Virus record (IMG/VR): IMGVR_UViG_3300028844_002929
Span: 1-61,223 of that record
Direction: 5' to 3' (one strand)
DNA: 61,223 bases
Source of the DNA: a virus
Lineage: Duplodnaviria; Caudoviricetes
The position numbers and the translations under genes are program-made. The notes beneath the pieces are model-generated. The model did no database searches, was not told the origin of the DNA, and worked only from the letters and a program-made list of their open reading frames with translations. Positions 17,867 to 28,932 of the stretch are shown here, piece after piece; the stretch's first letter is position 1; every line of letters starts with the position of its first letter.

Positions 17867-20800
17867 TATAGTTATTAATTGCGTCCACGATGGCCTGATT
17901 AATGCTCGCTGCACTTAAATTAGTACCGTTTCCACTACGTCTTCCAAAAAAGTTAGATCCTGCAATAGCATTTTGTGGATTAGTAATGCTCCATTCTGCG
18001 TTCTCTTCAATGCCTACTTCCGTTTCAAGCGCCACTTGATTTATAGTTGGGTTTGCATTTCCCCCATCAACTAACCTTCTATACGCCAAGGTGATGTAAA
18101 ACCACTTTGGTGGTGAAGGTATTCCTCCATAGATTAGGTCTAAGATGAAGGAAAAAGGCGCAAATTCGATGAGGCCTAGATATACGAGGGCATCATTGTT
18201 TATTGGCATACTCTGATTGTCCAGAAGTAAACTATTAGGTGAGATTGGGGCTATAGCAATGTTATCTGCCTCTAACTTTGTTATCATTACCGTAGGATCG
18301 TCGGGCGACGGCACCATTGTATAGGCGTAGTCCTCTGTCTCTGGATTCCAAAACAAATAGCCACCTTTAATCCACTGAAAAAATTTAGTGCGAATAACAA
18401 ATTTTGTATTCCAGTCTTTTGCACCGCCATTAGCATTTGGTCCCCACCTATTTTCAAAGGTCAAGCCAGCTGCATTGGCGGTGGCCAGCCAAGCATCAAA
18501 AGGATCGCTGCTCACGGTAGCCGAGTCGAGCCAAGATTGATACGCCGATATCATATTAAGAGACGGCAGGAGAGGAGCAGCTGGAAACTGGCTGTTATAT
18601 AAGCCTAGGCCCGAAGTGTCGGGGTCATTATAACGGGAGAATGAAGCGAGCAAGTCAGCAGTGGTATATCCTGCGCTGCCAGTAATATTATAAGGATCAA
18701 CAAATGCGGTGTAGTTCGACAGTATTGTAGCAGTCGGATTTGAGGAGTTAGAAACTAGATTGCCTAACGACTGTAAAGATAGATTGGGTTTGTCCGAGGA
18801 TAAACTATTGCCGTCTAATTCGTCGGGGCTCGTTGCAGTAACGTCAGCACCCGCTAGGTTACCTAAGACCTCAAACGCGAGCCTTGCTACTGCATCAGGC
18901 TCTAGTTCTATAGCTCCAGGATTACTAAGACCGAGGTTGTCCACGATGAACTGAATACTCTCAAGACTAAAGTCACGCTGTACATCGTTAAAACCTAAGA
19001 CCCCATCACCAGCAATCGTAGATATAGTTGTAGACTCAAGCTGACCAGAAGTGACATTAGGTATAAACGAAGCTGCACCTGGAGCGAAGCTACTAGGAGC
19101 GTCACTTAAAGCCTGGACTTGATCAGCCAGTACATCAACCTGACCCCGTAGCGTTGAAGCTGTGTCAATTAACCTTGCAACAGCGGAACTAATGTCGATG
19201 GAGTTTAGGTTCAGCAGTGGCGTAATGCTATCACCGACATTATTGACTAGGCTCTTAAGCTGCGATAGACTGTTAATCTCTGGCCCACTCAAGGGGTAAT
19301 CGCTTAGCTGAAAGCTGGTCAGTCCTGTAACAATTGTTGAGGGTTTATACTTAGAGACATACTGGATACTGATGGATGGACCAGCCATCATCACAGTACT
19401 CATATAATCCTGCAGCTCTTGGTTTGCAAGAACTGTCGCGTTCAACAGCACAGCAATATTAGGCTCGGTACTTAGTCCCGCTAAAGACAACTGATCTGAC
19501 ACATCTATAACTGTATCTCCGATATCCGTAATGAGTTGTACAATCTGATCCTCTGGACCTGTTTTTAAGCCTACAATTATGTCAAGTATGGTGTCGGCTA
19601 AAGCAAGGCTCCTAATTTGAAGGGCCTGCCTCAAAGTCACACCAGGTAAGTTAGGGTTGTTAGACTGAATCAAATTATTATCGAGGTAATCCTCGTAATT
19701 TGCAATATCCGTCAGGCCTACACTTATGTCCGCAAGACCATTTGCGGGATCAATATTGGTATTGACTTCAGTGATCAGGCCAGAGCTTGCTTTAAAATTA
19801 CCTAAGTAAGCGCCTTCCCCATTGGTCAGGGTGAAGTCCCCTAAGGTCCCTGCAGCTCCATCAGTGAAGACCCCCTTTGTACTTATGGTAACCCCCGTGG
19901 TGGGATCACCTGAAGCGTCATCCCAAGATGTAGGTTCATATGGAGGGTTATACCCAGTTGGGCTATTACCATTGAAGTAATCTAGAATACGATCTTTATT
20001 GAAGTCTGCAACGCTGACTGTTCCAGGAGGATTCGTCGGGGGGTAGGGGTCCGCATCCGTTGGGACCACACCGTCTGGTGCTGTGCCACCTGTGTCAACC
20101 ACCTCATCCACTAATTCTTCTATCGGCCCACCGTAAGTGTCATCCCATTCAGTAATGCCGTCGCCATCTTCACCAGGAGAAAATCCGCCGCTGTTTCCAC
20201 CGCCCTGATCTCCGAGTAGAGCTAGGTCTGGCTGTGTGTATGTTGAATAAGCGTTCGATGCGATCACATTGGTAGTCATTACCGTTATGATGTACTCATC
20301 ATTGAGTGGGTCGTAACCACTAACAACGCGCACTAAATCACCATAACCGTACTCCTCAAAAGTATCGACGAAGTATGCGTTCATACCTGCATCAGAGATG
20401 ACCTCGACACCCTTTTTAGGATTGTACCGATAGACCTGCTTCTTTGTTTTGTGAGCAAAGTATACACTGTCGTCAACCTTAATGACACTCTCTCTATTGT
20501 TGTCCGCACCTGCGCTGCTGGGCATCATCTGTTGATTGCCAACAACTTTACTGGTAGCGATCAGGCTTTCTGCTCCAAGGACATCACTAATAATCTGCCT
20601 GTTTACAGGGAGCATGCTCACCTTGTCCTCTTGCACCACGAACAAAGAGTCGTTGTAGTTTAAGAGTGCATTGATGTTTCCAAACTCGTTGGGCAGATCT
20701 TTAAATGGAGCGAGATAAGGATTGAATACCGTAAACCTCAAGCGCCGCACACTGTAGTTGTTCTCGTCACTAAATATGACACTTGAAAATCGGCGGACTT

Positions 20801-23800
20801 GAGCAGCGTCAGGCTTGTACCTTTTTACTTTACCTAATCCATTAACGTCACACCCTGGAAAGGTGTCGTTGAAGGTGTCGGTTTCAAGATAAACACTACG
20901 GAATCGTGGCTGTGTAGAGAAGGGATTGTCATTTCCCAAAGCATCCACATCAGGTTGAATGATGTTTATGAAACTACTGTCTTGGTAGTCATTGATGTTA
21001 ACAGGAACAGCCCTCCACCACACATCACCATTAGCAAACAGTAGCGTTGGGGTCTGGTAGTATACACCCGTATTATTCCGAGCTACATTGTATACCTGTG
21101 ATGTCTCCCTATACACAATTTCATCACCCTCAGCCAAACGGTTTGGGGTCACAATCTCTACTATGCACCGACCCCGCCAAAAGTTATCTCCTTGAGGGTT
21201 GTTGTTGTCGAGAAGGACTGACTCAAAGCTGAAGCCACCAGATTGTTGATTGTTCTTGAGTATTAAGAACTGACCTGTCAAGTGAACCGCATCTACATTA
21301 TCAGCCTCCATAAGGGGATTCGTATCCGAATCCGAGGTTAAGGTTACTTGCCCTGCAATCTCAAAAATAAGATTCGAAGGGTAGATCTGAGTAGTGTCGT
21401 CCGTAAAGTAGCTTATGACTCTTAGGTAATCACCTGGAGAATAAACGTAAAGATCGCTAGTGCCATCAGGATGCACCGCACCAAAGGCCTCAGCGTATGA
21501 GACAGAAGGATTGAACTGGAGGTAGTTCAAAGAGACGTAGATATTGTTTAACGCCTCCTCCTCAGAGTCAATGGCATGATATCCACCACCAACGCTGTAC
21601 TGAATAAAGTCTTGAACTGTACTGCTACCCGCATAAACTAGCTGGTAATAGAACGCCCAATCTGGAGGATCACTAAGCAATGCTATCTCCATACCAACAC
21701 GCCCCTGACGGCCAGTACCACCTCTCTCTGCTGGAGAATACCCTGGTACAAAAACAGTGGGGAGTGGACGAACGTTTCCTGGTCGGCCTCTTTGATCGTA
21801 ATGGATGATACCTAAGGCGTGAGTAGCATTGGTCTTAAATGTGCGGAATGCACCGCTGAAATCAGTCTCTCCTAAGAATATATCAGTTGCGATTTCTGCC
21901 CTAGGTCCTGCAGTAGAAGTGGTTTGAGTGAATTCGTATAGGTCTGTAGGGTCCCCTGCTCCGTCATCTGCTGCACCGACGCCTCCAGAATTAATGAGTT
22001 GCCCCCCAATCCTTTCAAGCGAACTAGCAAAATTAAAACCTTCAGGCAGCAGGTCACCTTCCGCCGCACCCTCAAGGTTTTGATTAAACGATGTCGCCCA
22101 GGCAGCAACACCAAATAAGATTGCCATAGATCCATAAGGTCCTATCTCAGGGTCACTATCTGTGAAAATGTGATCGGAGCCTGAACCTGCTTCTGGTGTG
22201 TTATAATCCACGTATTCTCCTCGGTAGATAGCGGCATGGATTTCTCCGTCACATAGCGAAGTAGCCGCTATAAAAAGCGTGGGGCTATTTAGGACTATTT
22301 CATCTGGCTCGATATCCTGACTTTGCAGATACTCGATTCTCCGAGTCTCATTGTTAACGAAGAGGTCTTCACCAGGAACTGGACCCGTGAGGGCCCCCTC
22401 TGTACTATACAGCCACCCTAGAAGTCGCGACCGTCTAGTCAGTGAAAGCAAATCATTATCGGGTCCGCCCGCTATATTCGCTAAGAAGGCAGTCTGATCC
22501 CGTGGGTCAGCAAGGGAAAAACCAAACAGATTGTTTTCAGACAAGTAGCTGGGGGAGAAGACACGCCAACCTTCAAACCTCAAGCGCTGATCCAAAGGTC
22601 CTACACCGCCAGCTAGGGTGCCAGCAGAATTGAGGACAGGTAGGCACGTTCGTACATCGCAATCACTTAAAGAACCAATCTCTAAGTGCATTACAAGCGT
22701 ACCGTTAGGGTCAGATTGTATCGGGGTTTGCCTAAGCCTAAAGCTAATAGAAGCAGAGTTTACAATAGAGTACCCTAGTGGAGCATTTGAACCCCATACG
22801 CCTGACGAGCTACCATACGTAGTGTTTGCATTTATAGCGGCTACTGGAAAGATGAGCTTAGATACGTCTAGGTGACTACTGTTTTTAGTAGGAAGAATAG
22901 CGTACTCTGGCGTGTCTGTATTAATGGCGTTGTATGTTGCCACGTAATTGTCGCCAGGTGCGTCAGGACCTGTGCCCAATGTCAATGCCCCAACACCTTC
23001 GATGCCTGTAACCGCAGTTCCAGCATCATTTAGATAATCTACGTAGAGGTCGTTATCAGTCGGGTCCTTAAGTCCTAAATCAAAACCATATGATGGATTG
23101 ACCTGTGAGTTGGATACCGTCCAGTTGGCTGGAGTCGTCGCAGCAGGCCCGCCACTTAACCCAAAATTTAAGATCTGACTGATCTGTACTAGTGTGTTCG
23201 TAATAGCCTCAGTCGCCGTAGCAGTAAAAGAAAAAGTTAGTTGCTCTGCCGACCCTTGCGGACCACGGAAACGAAGGGGAGACAAACCATGCATGCCAAC
23301 TTTAGCTGGTGAGTTATTTTGGTTGCCAAATAGACCTTCACCCTCTGCTGTAGTCCTCCACCGTAAATTGGGTGATCCAACACCAGTACCAATACCGCCG
23401 ACAGGGAGTGCCCCGTAGTCAGCATTTGTACTAGCATAAAGACTACCAGGCTGTTGACCGTTGCTAAAGGCATTATTGTTAGCAAAGTCAAGGGTTTGAG
23501 CATTCGATGCGATTGAGTCTACACCTATAGTTTGACTAGCGTGGTAATTATCTTCTGCTTGATACGCCTCAATAGCCCCTCCAAAAGCCACACGAATTTG
23601 AGCGGTTATTGTCGTTCCTGCGGGCAAGGACTCAGGCAATTGAGACAGGTCCATCACAAATCCCGTGGATCTGTTTGAGAAGTTAGAGGGGTCACCTTCT
23701 AATGTAGTAGCATCCTCATCGATAGGTACCACTGCTGCCCGTACAGGGATGTTGATGTTAATGAACTCGTTAGGTCGGTCTTGGTATAGGAGCGTGATGT

Positions 23801-24935
23801 TAGCTTCTATAGGCTCCTCATCAAAACCCTCAACATAATTGCCATAGAACAACCTGTTTTCAACCACAGATACAGCCTCAGCAACTTGAGGGTGGGCATC
23901 GAAATCCCTGTTCTGTTCTTCGTTGGTCAGTCCTGTAAGAACCTCATCGTTATAGAAGTCGTATACAATAGGGTTGCCTCCAAAACCAGGCCATTCTACT
24001 TCGTCGATTTCATACCACGCTCCAATATTACCCTGCCTCACCAAGAGACGAACCCGATCTACTTCTTCGGAAAAGTTGGGCATCCCGTCAACTAGAGACG
24101 GTGCAACAAGCCGAATAAACATCGGGAGCTCCAACTGCGTAGCTGCAAAGCCTTGACGCAGATACTCCTCTGGTACAGCAATGTCAGAATAAGTTGATAT
24201 AGCCGACTCTTCGCCAGTAAAGTAGATGCATTGAAAAGCAAACTGTAATCCAGGTATGCGACGGAAGTTGCTTTGAGCCCGCGTCGGGTCAGCCTCGAAA
24301 GTAAACTGGATGGGATGGATAGGGGCCTTAGTACAAGCCGTTATTAGGTCCACGTCATCTACACTGTTTTCTGTATAGTTAAACCCTGTAGGTCCATAAC
24401 CATTTTCTACACAGCGCAGAACGTCTAGTCTCCGAGGCTCATTCTCGTTGTCCGTAAAGTATAGGATGGGACGGTACGTATCGTTAGGGCCTGTGATATG
24501 GACTACGTCACCGACAACTCTGGCGGTAGAGTTGAATTGAAACTCACTCGTTGTATATATCGGCCTCCAAGCTTGATCACCCCCAGCAAAAAATCCATAA
24601 GCATCGTAAGCATACACCCCCATTTCACTAGGGTTCTGGGAATAGATGAACATATAGATAACTCCCGATCTGGGGTCACTTATCCTACCCAGTACCCGTC
24701 GTTGATAGACTGGCTCAGGCGGAAACACTGCATCTAAGTCAAACGTTTTAATATTTCTTACCTCATTACCTTTCTGAGGCTTTATTACACCTGAATCACC
24801 ACCCTCATTCGCTCCCGCCAACTGATCAAAGTCGTCTGTAACTACGACGTTGAGGGCGTCGTTCATCTCAGTTTTGTTTCGGATCCGATTGTCCTTTCCT
24901 GAATTAAGAAGTCTGGGAAATAACTTATCGATCAT
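17859..24935 (-). CDS. Tail muzzle/stabilisation protein with large insertions
   Basis: N-terminal D.R......DALN, YFTDN.NEPR, NRLFYGNY, GIIHYDQRGR, GYDPLNDEY motifs. Confidence 0.75.
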   Translation of the reverse strand: MIDKLFPRLLNSGKDNRIRNKTEMNDALNVVVTDDFDQLAGANEGGDSGVIKPQKGNEVRNIKTFDLDAVFPPEPVYQRRVLGRISDPRSGVIYMFIYSQNPSEMGVYAYDAYGFFAGGDQAWRPIYTTSEFQFNSTARVVGDVVHITGPNDTYRPILYFTDNENEPRRLDVLRCVENGYGPTGFNYTENSVDDVDLITACTKAPIHPIQFTFEADPTRAQSNFRRIPGLQFAFQCIYFTGEESAISTYSDIAVPEEYLRQGFAATQLELPMFIRLVAPSLVDGMPNFSEEVDRVRLLVRQGNIGAWYEIDEVEWPGFGGNPIVYDFYNDEVLTGLTNEEQNRDFDAHPQVAEAVSVVENRLFYGNYVEGFDEEPIEANITLLYQDRPNEFININIPVRAAVVPIDEDATTLEGDPSNFSNRSTGFVMDLSQLPESLPAGTTITAQIRVAFGGAIEAYQAEDNYHASQTIGVDSIASNAQTLDFANNNAFSNGQQPGSLYASTNADYGALPVGGIGTGVGSPNLRWRTTAEGEGLFGNQNNSPAKVGMHGLSPLRFRGPQGSAEQLTFSFTATATEAITNTLVQISQILNFGLSGGPAATTPANWTVSNSQVNPSYGFDLGLKDPTDNDLYVDYLNDAGTAVTGIEGVGALTLGTGPDAPGDNYVATYNAINTDTPEYAILPTKNSSHLDVSKLIFPVAAINANTTYGSSSGVWGSNAPLGYSIVNSASISFRLRQTPIQSDPNGTLVMHLEIGSLSDCDVRTCLPVLNSAGTLAGGVGPLDQRLRFEGWRVFSPSYLSENNLFGFSLADPRDQTAFLANIAGGPDNDLLSLTRRSRLLGWLYSTEGALTGPVPGEDLFVNNETRRIEYLQSQDIEPDEIVLNSPTLFIAATSLCDGEIHAAIYRGEYVDYNTPEAGSGSDHIFTDSDPEIGPYGSMAILFGVAAWATSFNQNLEGAAEGDLLPEGFNFASSLERIGGQLINSGGVGAADDGAGDPTDLYEFTQTTSTAGPRAEIATDIFLGETDFSGAFRTFKTNATHALGIIHYDQRGRPGNVRPLPTVFVPGYSPAERGGTGRQGRVGMEIALLSDPPDWAFYYQLVYAGSSTVQDFIQYSVGGGYHAIDSEEEALNNIYVSLNYLQFNPSVSYAEAFGAVHPDGTSDLYVYSPGDYLRVISYFTDDTTQIYPSNLIFEIAGQVTLTSDSDTNPLMEADNVDAVHLTGQFLILKNNQQSGGFSFESVLLDNNNPQGDNFWRGRCIVEIVTPNRLAEGDEIVYRETSQVYNVARNNTGVYYQTPTLLFANGDVWWRAVPVNINDYQDSSFINIIQPDVDALGNDNPFSTQPRFRSVYLETDTFNDTFPGCDVNGLGKVKRYKPDAAQVRRFSSVIFSDENNYSVRRLRFTVFNPYLAPFKDLPNEFGNINALLNYNDSLFVVQEDKVSMLPVNRQIISDVLGAESLIATSKVVGNQQMMPSSAGADNNRESVIKVDDSVYFAHKTKKQVYRYNPKKGVEVISDAGMNAYFVDTFEEYGYGDLVRVVSGYDPLNDEYIITVMTTNVIASNAYSTYTQPDLALLGDQGGGNSGGFSPGEDGDGITEWDDTYGGPIEELVDEVVDTGGTAPDGVVPTDADPYPPTNPPGTVSVADFNKDRILDYFNGNSPTGYNPPYEPTSWDDASGDPTTGVTISTKGVFTDGAAGTLGDFTLTNGEGAYLGNFKASSGLITEVNTNIDPANGLADISVGLTDIANYEDYLDNNLIQSNNPNLPGVTLRQALQIRSLALADTILDIIVGLKTGPEDQIVQLITDIGDTVIDVSDQLSLAGLSTEPNIAVLLNATVLANQELQDYMSTVMMAGPSISIQYVSKYKPSTIVTGLTSFQLSDYPLSGPEINSLSQLKSLVNNVGDSITPLLNLNSIDISSAVARLIDTASTLRGQVDVLADQVQALSDAPSSFAPGAASFIPNVTSGQLESTTISTIAGDGVLGFNDVQRDFSLESIQFIVDNLGLSNPGAIELEPDAVARLAFEVLGNLAGADVTATSPDELDGNSLSSDKPNLSLQSLGNLVSNSSNPTATILSNYTAFVDPYNITGSAGYTTADLLASFSRYNDPDTSGLGLYNSQFPAAPLLPSLNMISAYQSWLDSATVSSDPFDAWLATANAAGLTFENRWGPNANGGAKDWNTKFVIRTKFFQWIKGGYLFWNPETEDYAYTMVPSPDDPTVMITKLEADNIAIAPISPNSLLLDNQSMPINNDALVYLGLIEFAPFSFILDLIYGGIPSPPKWFYITLAYRRLVDGGNANPTINQVALETEVGIEENAEWSITNPQNAIAGSNFFGRRSGNGTNLSAASINQAIVDAINNYNA

Positions 24936-25798
24936 CAGTGCTTGGGGGACTGTCGGAAGTTCTGACGCACAGTCTTCAACGCCTCTTCTTTCGTAAAGTT
25001 GTTCATCCGTGCCTTAGACTTGCGTCGCTCATTGTAATACTCTTGCCGAGCCCGTGCCTTCTCTCCCTGAGGAATCGTTGACTTACGCTCACACAACTTG
25101 TAGTACATGTAACTACGAAGGGCTTCTTCAGCATAAACATGAATGACAGGGAATGTAGAACGCGCCTCATCTGCCACATACTCAAGGACTACCTCAGATG
25201 TACTGGAGTGAGTATCAAGTTCAATCCTATTCTGCTCCAGGTTCATGCGGTAATAACCGCGAAGGTGGCCCCCACCAGAACCATAGAGTCGGCCCAAGCC
25301 GCCCTGGTATAGGTAGTTCTGAAACACATAGAAGTCGTGATCGTTTTCACCACTGCTGGCACCCGCCGTATCTGTGCCATCAGCGTCGCGATTATCAATG
25401 AGATTGGCTTCAATAGGTAGAGTACCGCCTTCACTGTCCGTTTCACTAATTACATTGTCTACCGCAGGCTCGATGACTTGACTCATATTCAAGTGCTTGT
25501 TCTCACCTAGCACATACACCACACCTCCTGAAACCACGCCAAGCTTAATTAGATCTACAAAGTCATCAGGCAAGGTTACCGTATTTGTTGCAGCATCGAT
25601 GGTCCTCTTCAGAGATCTCACTCGACTCGTCACGTCAAACCCAAACTCACGGATACCCCGTAGCGCGATGTTGCGGATTGCAGTATCGTTGACATTACTG
25701 ATGTAATCATCAGTGTCCATTGTAATAATGAAATCATCAATCACCTGTCGGAGACTGACGTAGTTCATGGCATCCTGTGCGACGTTAGTTAATGGCAT
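24935..25798 (-). CDS. Tail ring/tubular adaptor protein
   Basis: LPDDFVDLIKL, VVLEYVAD, YAEEAL..Y motifs. Confidence 0.7.
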   Translation of the reverse strand: MPLTNVAQDAMNYVSLRQVIDDFIITMDTDDYISNVNDTAIRNIALRGIREFGFDVTSRVRSLKRTIDAATNTVTLPDDFVDLIKLGVVSGGVVYVLGENKHLNMSQVIEPAVDNVISETDSEGGTLPIEANLIDNRDADGTDTAGASSGENDHDFYVFQNYLYQGGLGRLYGSGGGHLRGYYRMNLEQNRIELDTHSSTSEVVLEYVADEARSTFPVIHVYAEEALRSYMYYKLCERKSTIPQGEKARARQEYYNERRKSKARMNNFTKEEALKTVRQNFRQSPKH

Positions 25799-26655
25799 TA
25801 CTCAGCTTGGGTTTCCATCATTCCATATTGCATCAGCACACTGTCTCTAAGGCGGACGCCAATAAGCTGACAAATCTCCATAACAACCTCATGAATGTAA
25901 TGAGCAGGAAGGTCAAAGCCTCTGCTGCTGTTCAGGTTGGGGACAATAAATCCTGTCCCGTCATTGACTGTATTTGCCACGAATCTTGGTGAACTGTTTG
26001 GGACAAGATCGCCGAGGGCATAGTCCACTGAGGTGGACACTCCATTTACCAATGTGTTCAGCCTGACCGCTGCCTCAGCACGGGATTGTGGCTGCCTGTA
26101 ATACCGAAGTACCACCCCTGTTACATCTGTAGGGAAGACCTGAAACACCTCGTTCATCTCCAAGGCCACAGGGAACTGCAGCGTCGGTGTAGAGAGGTTA
26201 CTATTTAATACTCTATTAGCCTTCTCCGAATCATACAACAGTTCCACGCTGGTATTTGTATTCTCTACCTGCATAGATATTAGGTGACCAAAATCCGCTG
26301 GCCTGCGGAAAGTAAACGCCCCGTCAGGGTTAATCTCTACGGTAATCTCCTGGTCAGGATTGTCAGGATCTGCGACCGTGTCCTCATATGCATCAATGTC
26401 TACAGTGATAAGACGGTTGTTGATGTAGGTAGAGAGATCCTCCTCCACCATCTTGTATGCTGACTTGTCTCTACCACCATCCCGACCAGACTTACGCAGG
26501 GCTGTGGCCAGTTTCATTTCATTGAACATCTCGTTATAGATGTTCTGTTGCGCTACCTCTGCAAACGAAGAAAAGACGTTGGGGGATATAAATCCCTTTT
26601 GATCCTTATTCGCCATATCGCGAACAATATTGTACACCCTGACGATACTGACCAT
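25798..26655 (-). CDS. Head-tail ring/adaptor protein
   Basis: VY..V...ANKDQ.G.ISP..F..FA..AQ; YYRQP; ATG 26655. Confidence 0.7.
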   Translation of the reverse strand: MVSIVRVYNIVRDMANKDQKGFISPNVFSSFAEVAQQNIYNEMFNEMKLATALRKSGRDGGRDKSAYKMVEEDLSTYINNRLITVDIDAYEDTVADPDNPDQEITVEINPDGAFTFRRPADFGHLISMQVENTNTSVELLYDSEKANRVLNSNLSTPTLQFPVALEMNEVFQVFPTDVTGVVLRYYRQPQSRAEAAVRLNTLVNGVSTSVDYALGDLVPNSSPRFVANTVNDGTGFIVPNLNSSRGFDLPAHYIHEVVMEICQLIGVRLRDSVLMQYGMMETQAE

Positions 26656-26661
26656 AGTATA

Positions 26662-26669
26662 CAAATATA
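26662..26669 (-). promoter_or_regulatory. -7 promoter element
   Basis: TATATTTG 6 nt before ATG 26655. Confidence 0.65.
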
Positions 26670-26718
26670 AAAAAGAAAAGGCCGCGCTAGGCGACCTTGT
26701 CTCTTGTATGTCAGATAC

Positions 26719-27564
26719 TTAAGCCAGCTTACCTAGCTTGTCTTCAAGGGACCCTAATACCGCTGCTCCCTTCTCTGTCAGACAGAAGCGAGTCATCACA
26801 TCGACTGGACTCATGCCTGCGGGTACACTGACAATAACCTGGTTACTATCAAACCACCGTACTGAGTCAGGCTTCATGGCAATAAACTGATAGTCAGCTG
26901 CCTGTTGCACGATAGATCGGGCGGTGACCATGGGGTCATCGAATGACTGAATGAAGTTGCCAGGATTTTTCTTGGCCACCTGAAGCAGGTTGTAACGGAT
27001 GTCACTTGTGGATGCGTTGACGCTGACACCATGATAAATAGCAACAGCAAGGAGGTCCTCGATTTGCTTCTCCCTAACCATTTGGATAGCATCGTTCAGC
27101 AAGAACTCCTTCTCTAGCTCCTCCTTAGCCTCCTGTCTCTTATCGACCAGCCGAAACAATTTTCCGCCATTGAGATAATTGCCTGGGTGCAGCTCCAAGA
27201 ACTTCTTGAGATTAGGCTTCTCCTTGGGTACAAAGATCCGACCATCCCGAAAGATTACTGCTTCTCGGCGTGCCTTGTCGCCCTGCTCATCTGTCCAGAT
27301 GCTAGGCTCATTGGGGCAATAGCGGATCTCCCGTACAGTATCTTGCTCTGAATCGTATACCGTCACTCCTTTCTGAGGAAGCATAGTAACGATACCCCCA
27401 CCACCAGTAATTTCGTATTCCGTGTTTCCCGTCGGCGCCTCTTTACGCTTTAAGACATTTTTCTTTTTAGTGGGGGTAGCTGTCGCTGCAACGGGCGGGG
27501 TTTCAGCTTTGCTCTCAGATTTGCGTGGACGACCTGGCGCCCTACGTGTAGTAGTTTCACTCAT
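26719..27564 (-). CDS. Conserved virion-module protein
   Basis: IRYCPNEPSIW.DEQ, IF.DG...VP, FL.LHP.N motifs. Confidence 0.7.
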   Translation of the reverse strand: MSETTTRRAPGRPRKSESKAETPPVAATATPTKKKNVLKRKEAPTGNTEYEITGGGGIVTMLPQKGVTVYDSEQDTVREIRYCPNEPSIWTDEQGDKARREAVIFRDGRIFVPKEKPNLKKFLELHPGNYLNGGKLFRLVDKRQEAKEELEKEFLLNDAIQMVREKQIEDLLAVAIYHGVSVNASTSDIRYNLLQVAKKNPGNFIQSFDDPMVTARSIVQQAADYQFIAMKPDSVRWFDSNQVIVSVPAGMSPVDVMTRFCLTEKGAAVLGSLEDKLGKLA

Positions 27565-27583
27565 ATTAATTAAATTTCAACAA

Positions 27584-27591
27584 CAAATATA
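27584..27591 (-). promoter_or_regulatory. -7 promoter element
   Basis: TATATTTG 19 nt before ATG 27564. Confidence 0.6.
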
Positions 27592-28866
27592 CTACAAAGG
27601 ATAATAGTTGTATCTATCGAAAAGCTCCTTGGCAATACGACTAGCCTCAGAGGCTCCAATGTCAGATTCAATCACACCAAATCGAGCTAACTCACCCTTC
27701 CAATCAGGCGAACTCCCTGATCCTCCAAGGCGATCAATCTTCAGGTCCCCATCAGTCCTGTGATCAGTTGAGGCGAGACCACCGACTTTTGCTGGGATAA
27801 AACCTACGGCCTCTCCCGTGTAATCATGTACGTAGATATTGAAATCTTTATCACGCCTAATTACCCATACATTACAGATCCGAGCCTTTAGAGTTGCTTT
27901 GTTAGCTGTAGTCAGGCTGTCTAGTTTGGGATCTTGAAGCTTAATTGCCTTGGTTCCGTAATCGTTGGTGTTCAAGTCTACCTGTGCTGGGCGCCCTACA
28001 TTGCCATCAAAGGTGAAGTACATAGTGTTGTCAGCACGACCGTCACCAAATCCCTGAGTCCGCCCAGAAGCATCCCCATAGATAGGATACATCTGAATGA
28101 TACCAGCCAGCCCGTAAACGACATACATTGTAAAGTCACCCTCTACAGTCAACTCGTTGGCGAAGTGCAGTGAGTCGCTGGCAGTAAGCGTTACAGCATT
28201 AGTAGCTAAGTCGTTATTCCTGGCCCTACTCTTAATGGGATTTCCAGTATCCGCATCTAAATCGTAGGTGTTTCCTCCCCGCCCCGCGTTAACCCATGCA
28301 TTAGTAGCCCCTACGTTAGCTGCTATCGACATTGTTAAGTTCGTCTCATTGAAGTCTACGATAGGAGACAGTGTATGACTGGTGAATCGGATTCCTGCGA
28401 ATTCGTTGGAGACCGTAGATGTCACATCTAAATCATCAGGGTTATTACTGACTAACTGTGTTGACATAACCACTGGCTGCTTGAAGACCTTAGCACTAAT
28501 GGCCTGGGGTACTGTGAGCTGCGGCTGACGAAATGTAGATGTACCTGTGACCACGTCAAACACCATCGTGTTCTTAGTGGATTTATCGTTTGCTATAAAG
28601 TCTAGCACGTCGCGGATCATACTGAACTCCTCACCCTCGCTGCACCCTACGTCAATACTAGTTTTTCTCAGTGCCTCTCTTACACTACTAGTCTGCTGCT
28701 CATAGACTCCTGCATCATTAAATACAAATGTCACTCCTCCCGAAATACCTTTAATGTGAGATATATGTGAGGCTGGGATAGCGATTACCGACAGGTTCTC
28801 CCCTGTGTTTGAAACATCCTCACTAAAAATATTAGGCGTCTCTCTGCGGAATAAGAAGAACTTCAT
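27592..28866 (-). CDS. Structural protein with LamG/ConA-like C-terminal domain
   Basis: DFTMYVV, WVIRRD, IDRLGG...WKGELARFG pattern. Confidence 0.6.
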   Translation of the reverse strand: MKFFLFRRETPNIFSEDVSNTGENLSVIAIPASHISHIKGISGGVTFVFNDAGVYEQQTSSVREALRKTSIDVGCSEGEEFSMIRDVLDFIANDKSTKNTMVFDVVTGTSTFRQPQLTVPQAISAKVFKQPVVMSTQLVSNNPDDLDVTSTVSNEFAGIRFTSHTLSPIVDFNETNLTMSIAANVGATNAWVNAGRGGNTYDLDADTGNPIKSRARNNDLATNAVTLTASDSLHFANELTVEGDFTMYVVYGLAGIIQMYPIYGDASGRTQGFGDGRADNTMYFTFDGNVGRPAQVDLNTNDYGTKAIKLQDPKLDSLTTANKATLKARICNVWVIRRDKDFNIYVHDYTGEAVGFIPAKVGGLASTDHRTDGDLKIDRLGGSGSSPDWKGELARFGVIESDIGASEASRIAKELFDRYNYYPL

Positions 28867-28870
28867 ATTA

Positions 28871-28878
28871 CAAATATA
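28871..28878 (-). promoter_or_regulatory. -7 promoter element (leaderless geometry)
   Basis: TATATTTG 4 nt before ATG 28866. Confidence 0.65.
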
Positions 28879-28886
28879 CCGACAAT

Positions 28887-28914
28887 AAAAAAGGCCCCAC
28901 TAGGGGGCCCTTTT
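28887..28914 (-). terminator. Intrinsic terminator after the capsid operon
   Basis: GGCCCC...GGGGCC stem flanked by A and T runs. Confidence 0.75.
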
Positions 28915-28932
28915 CTATCAGTTGGTGTTTGA

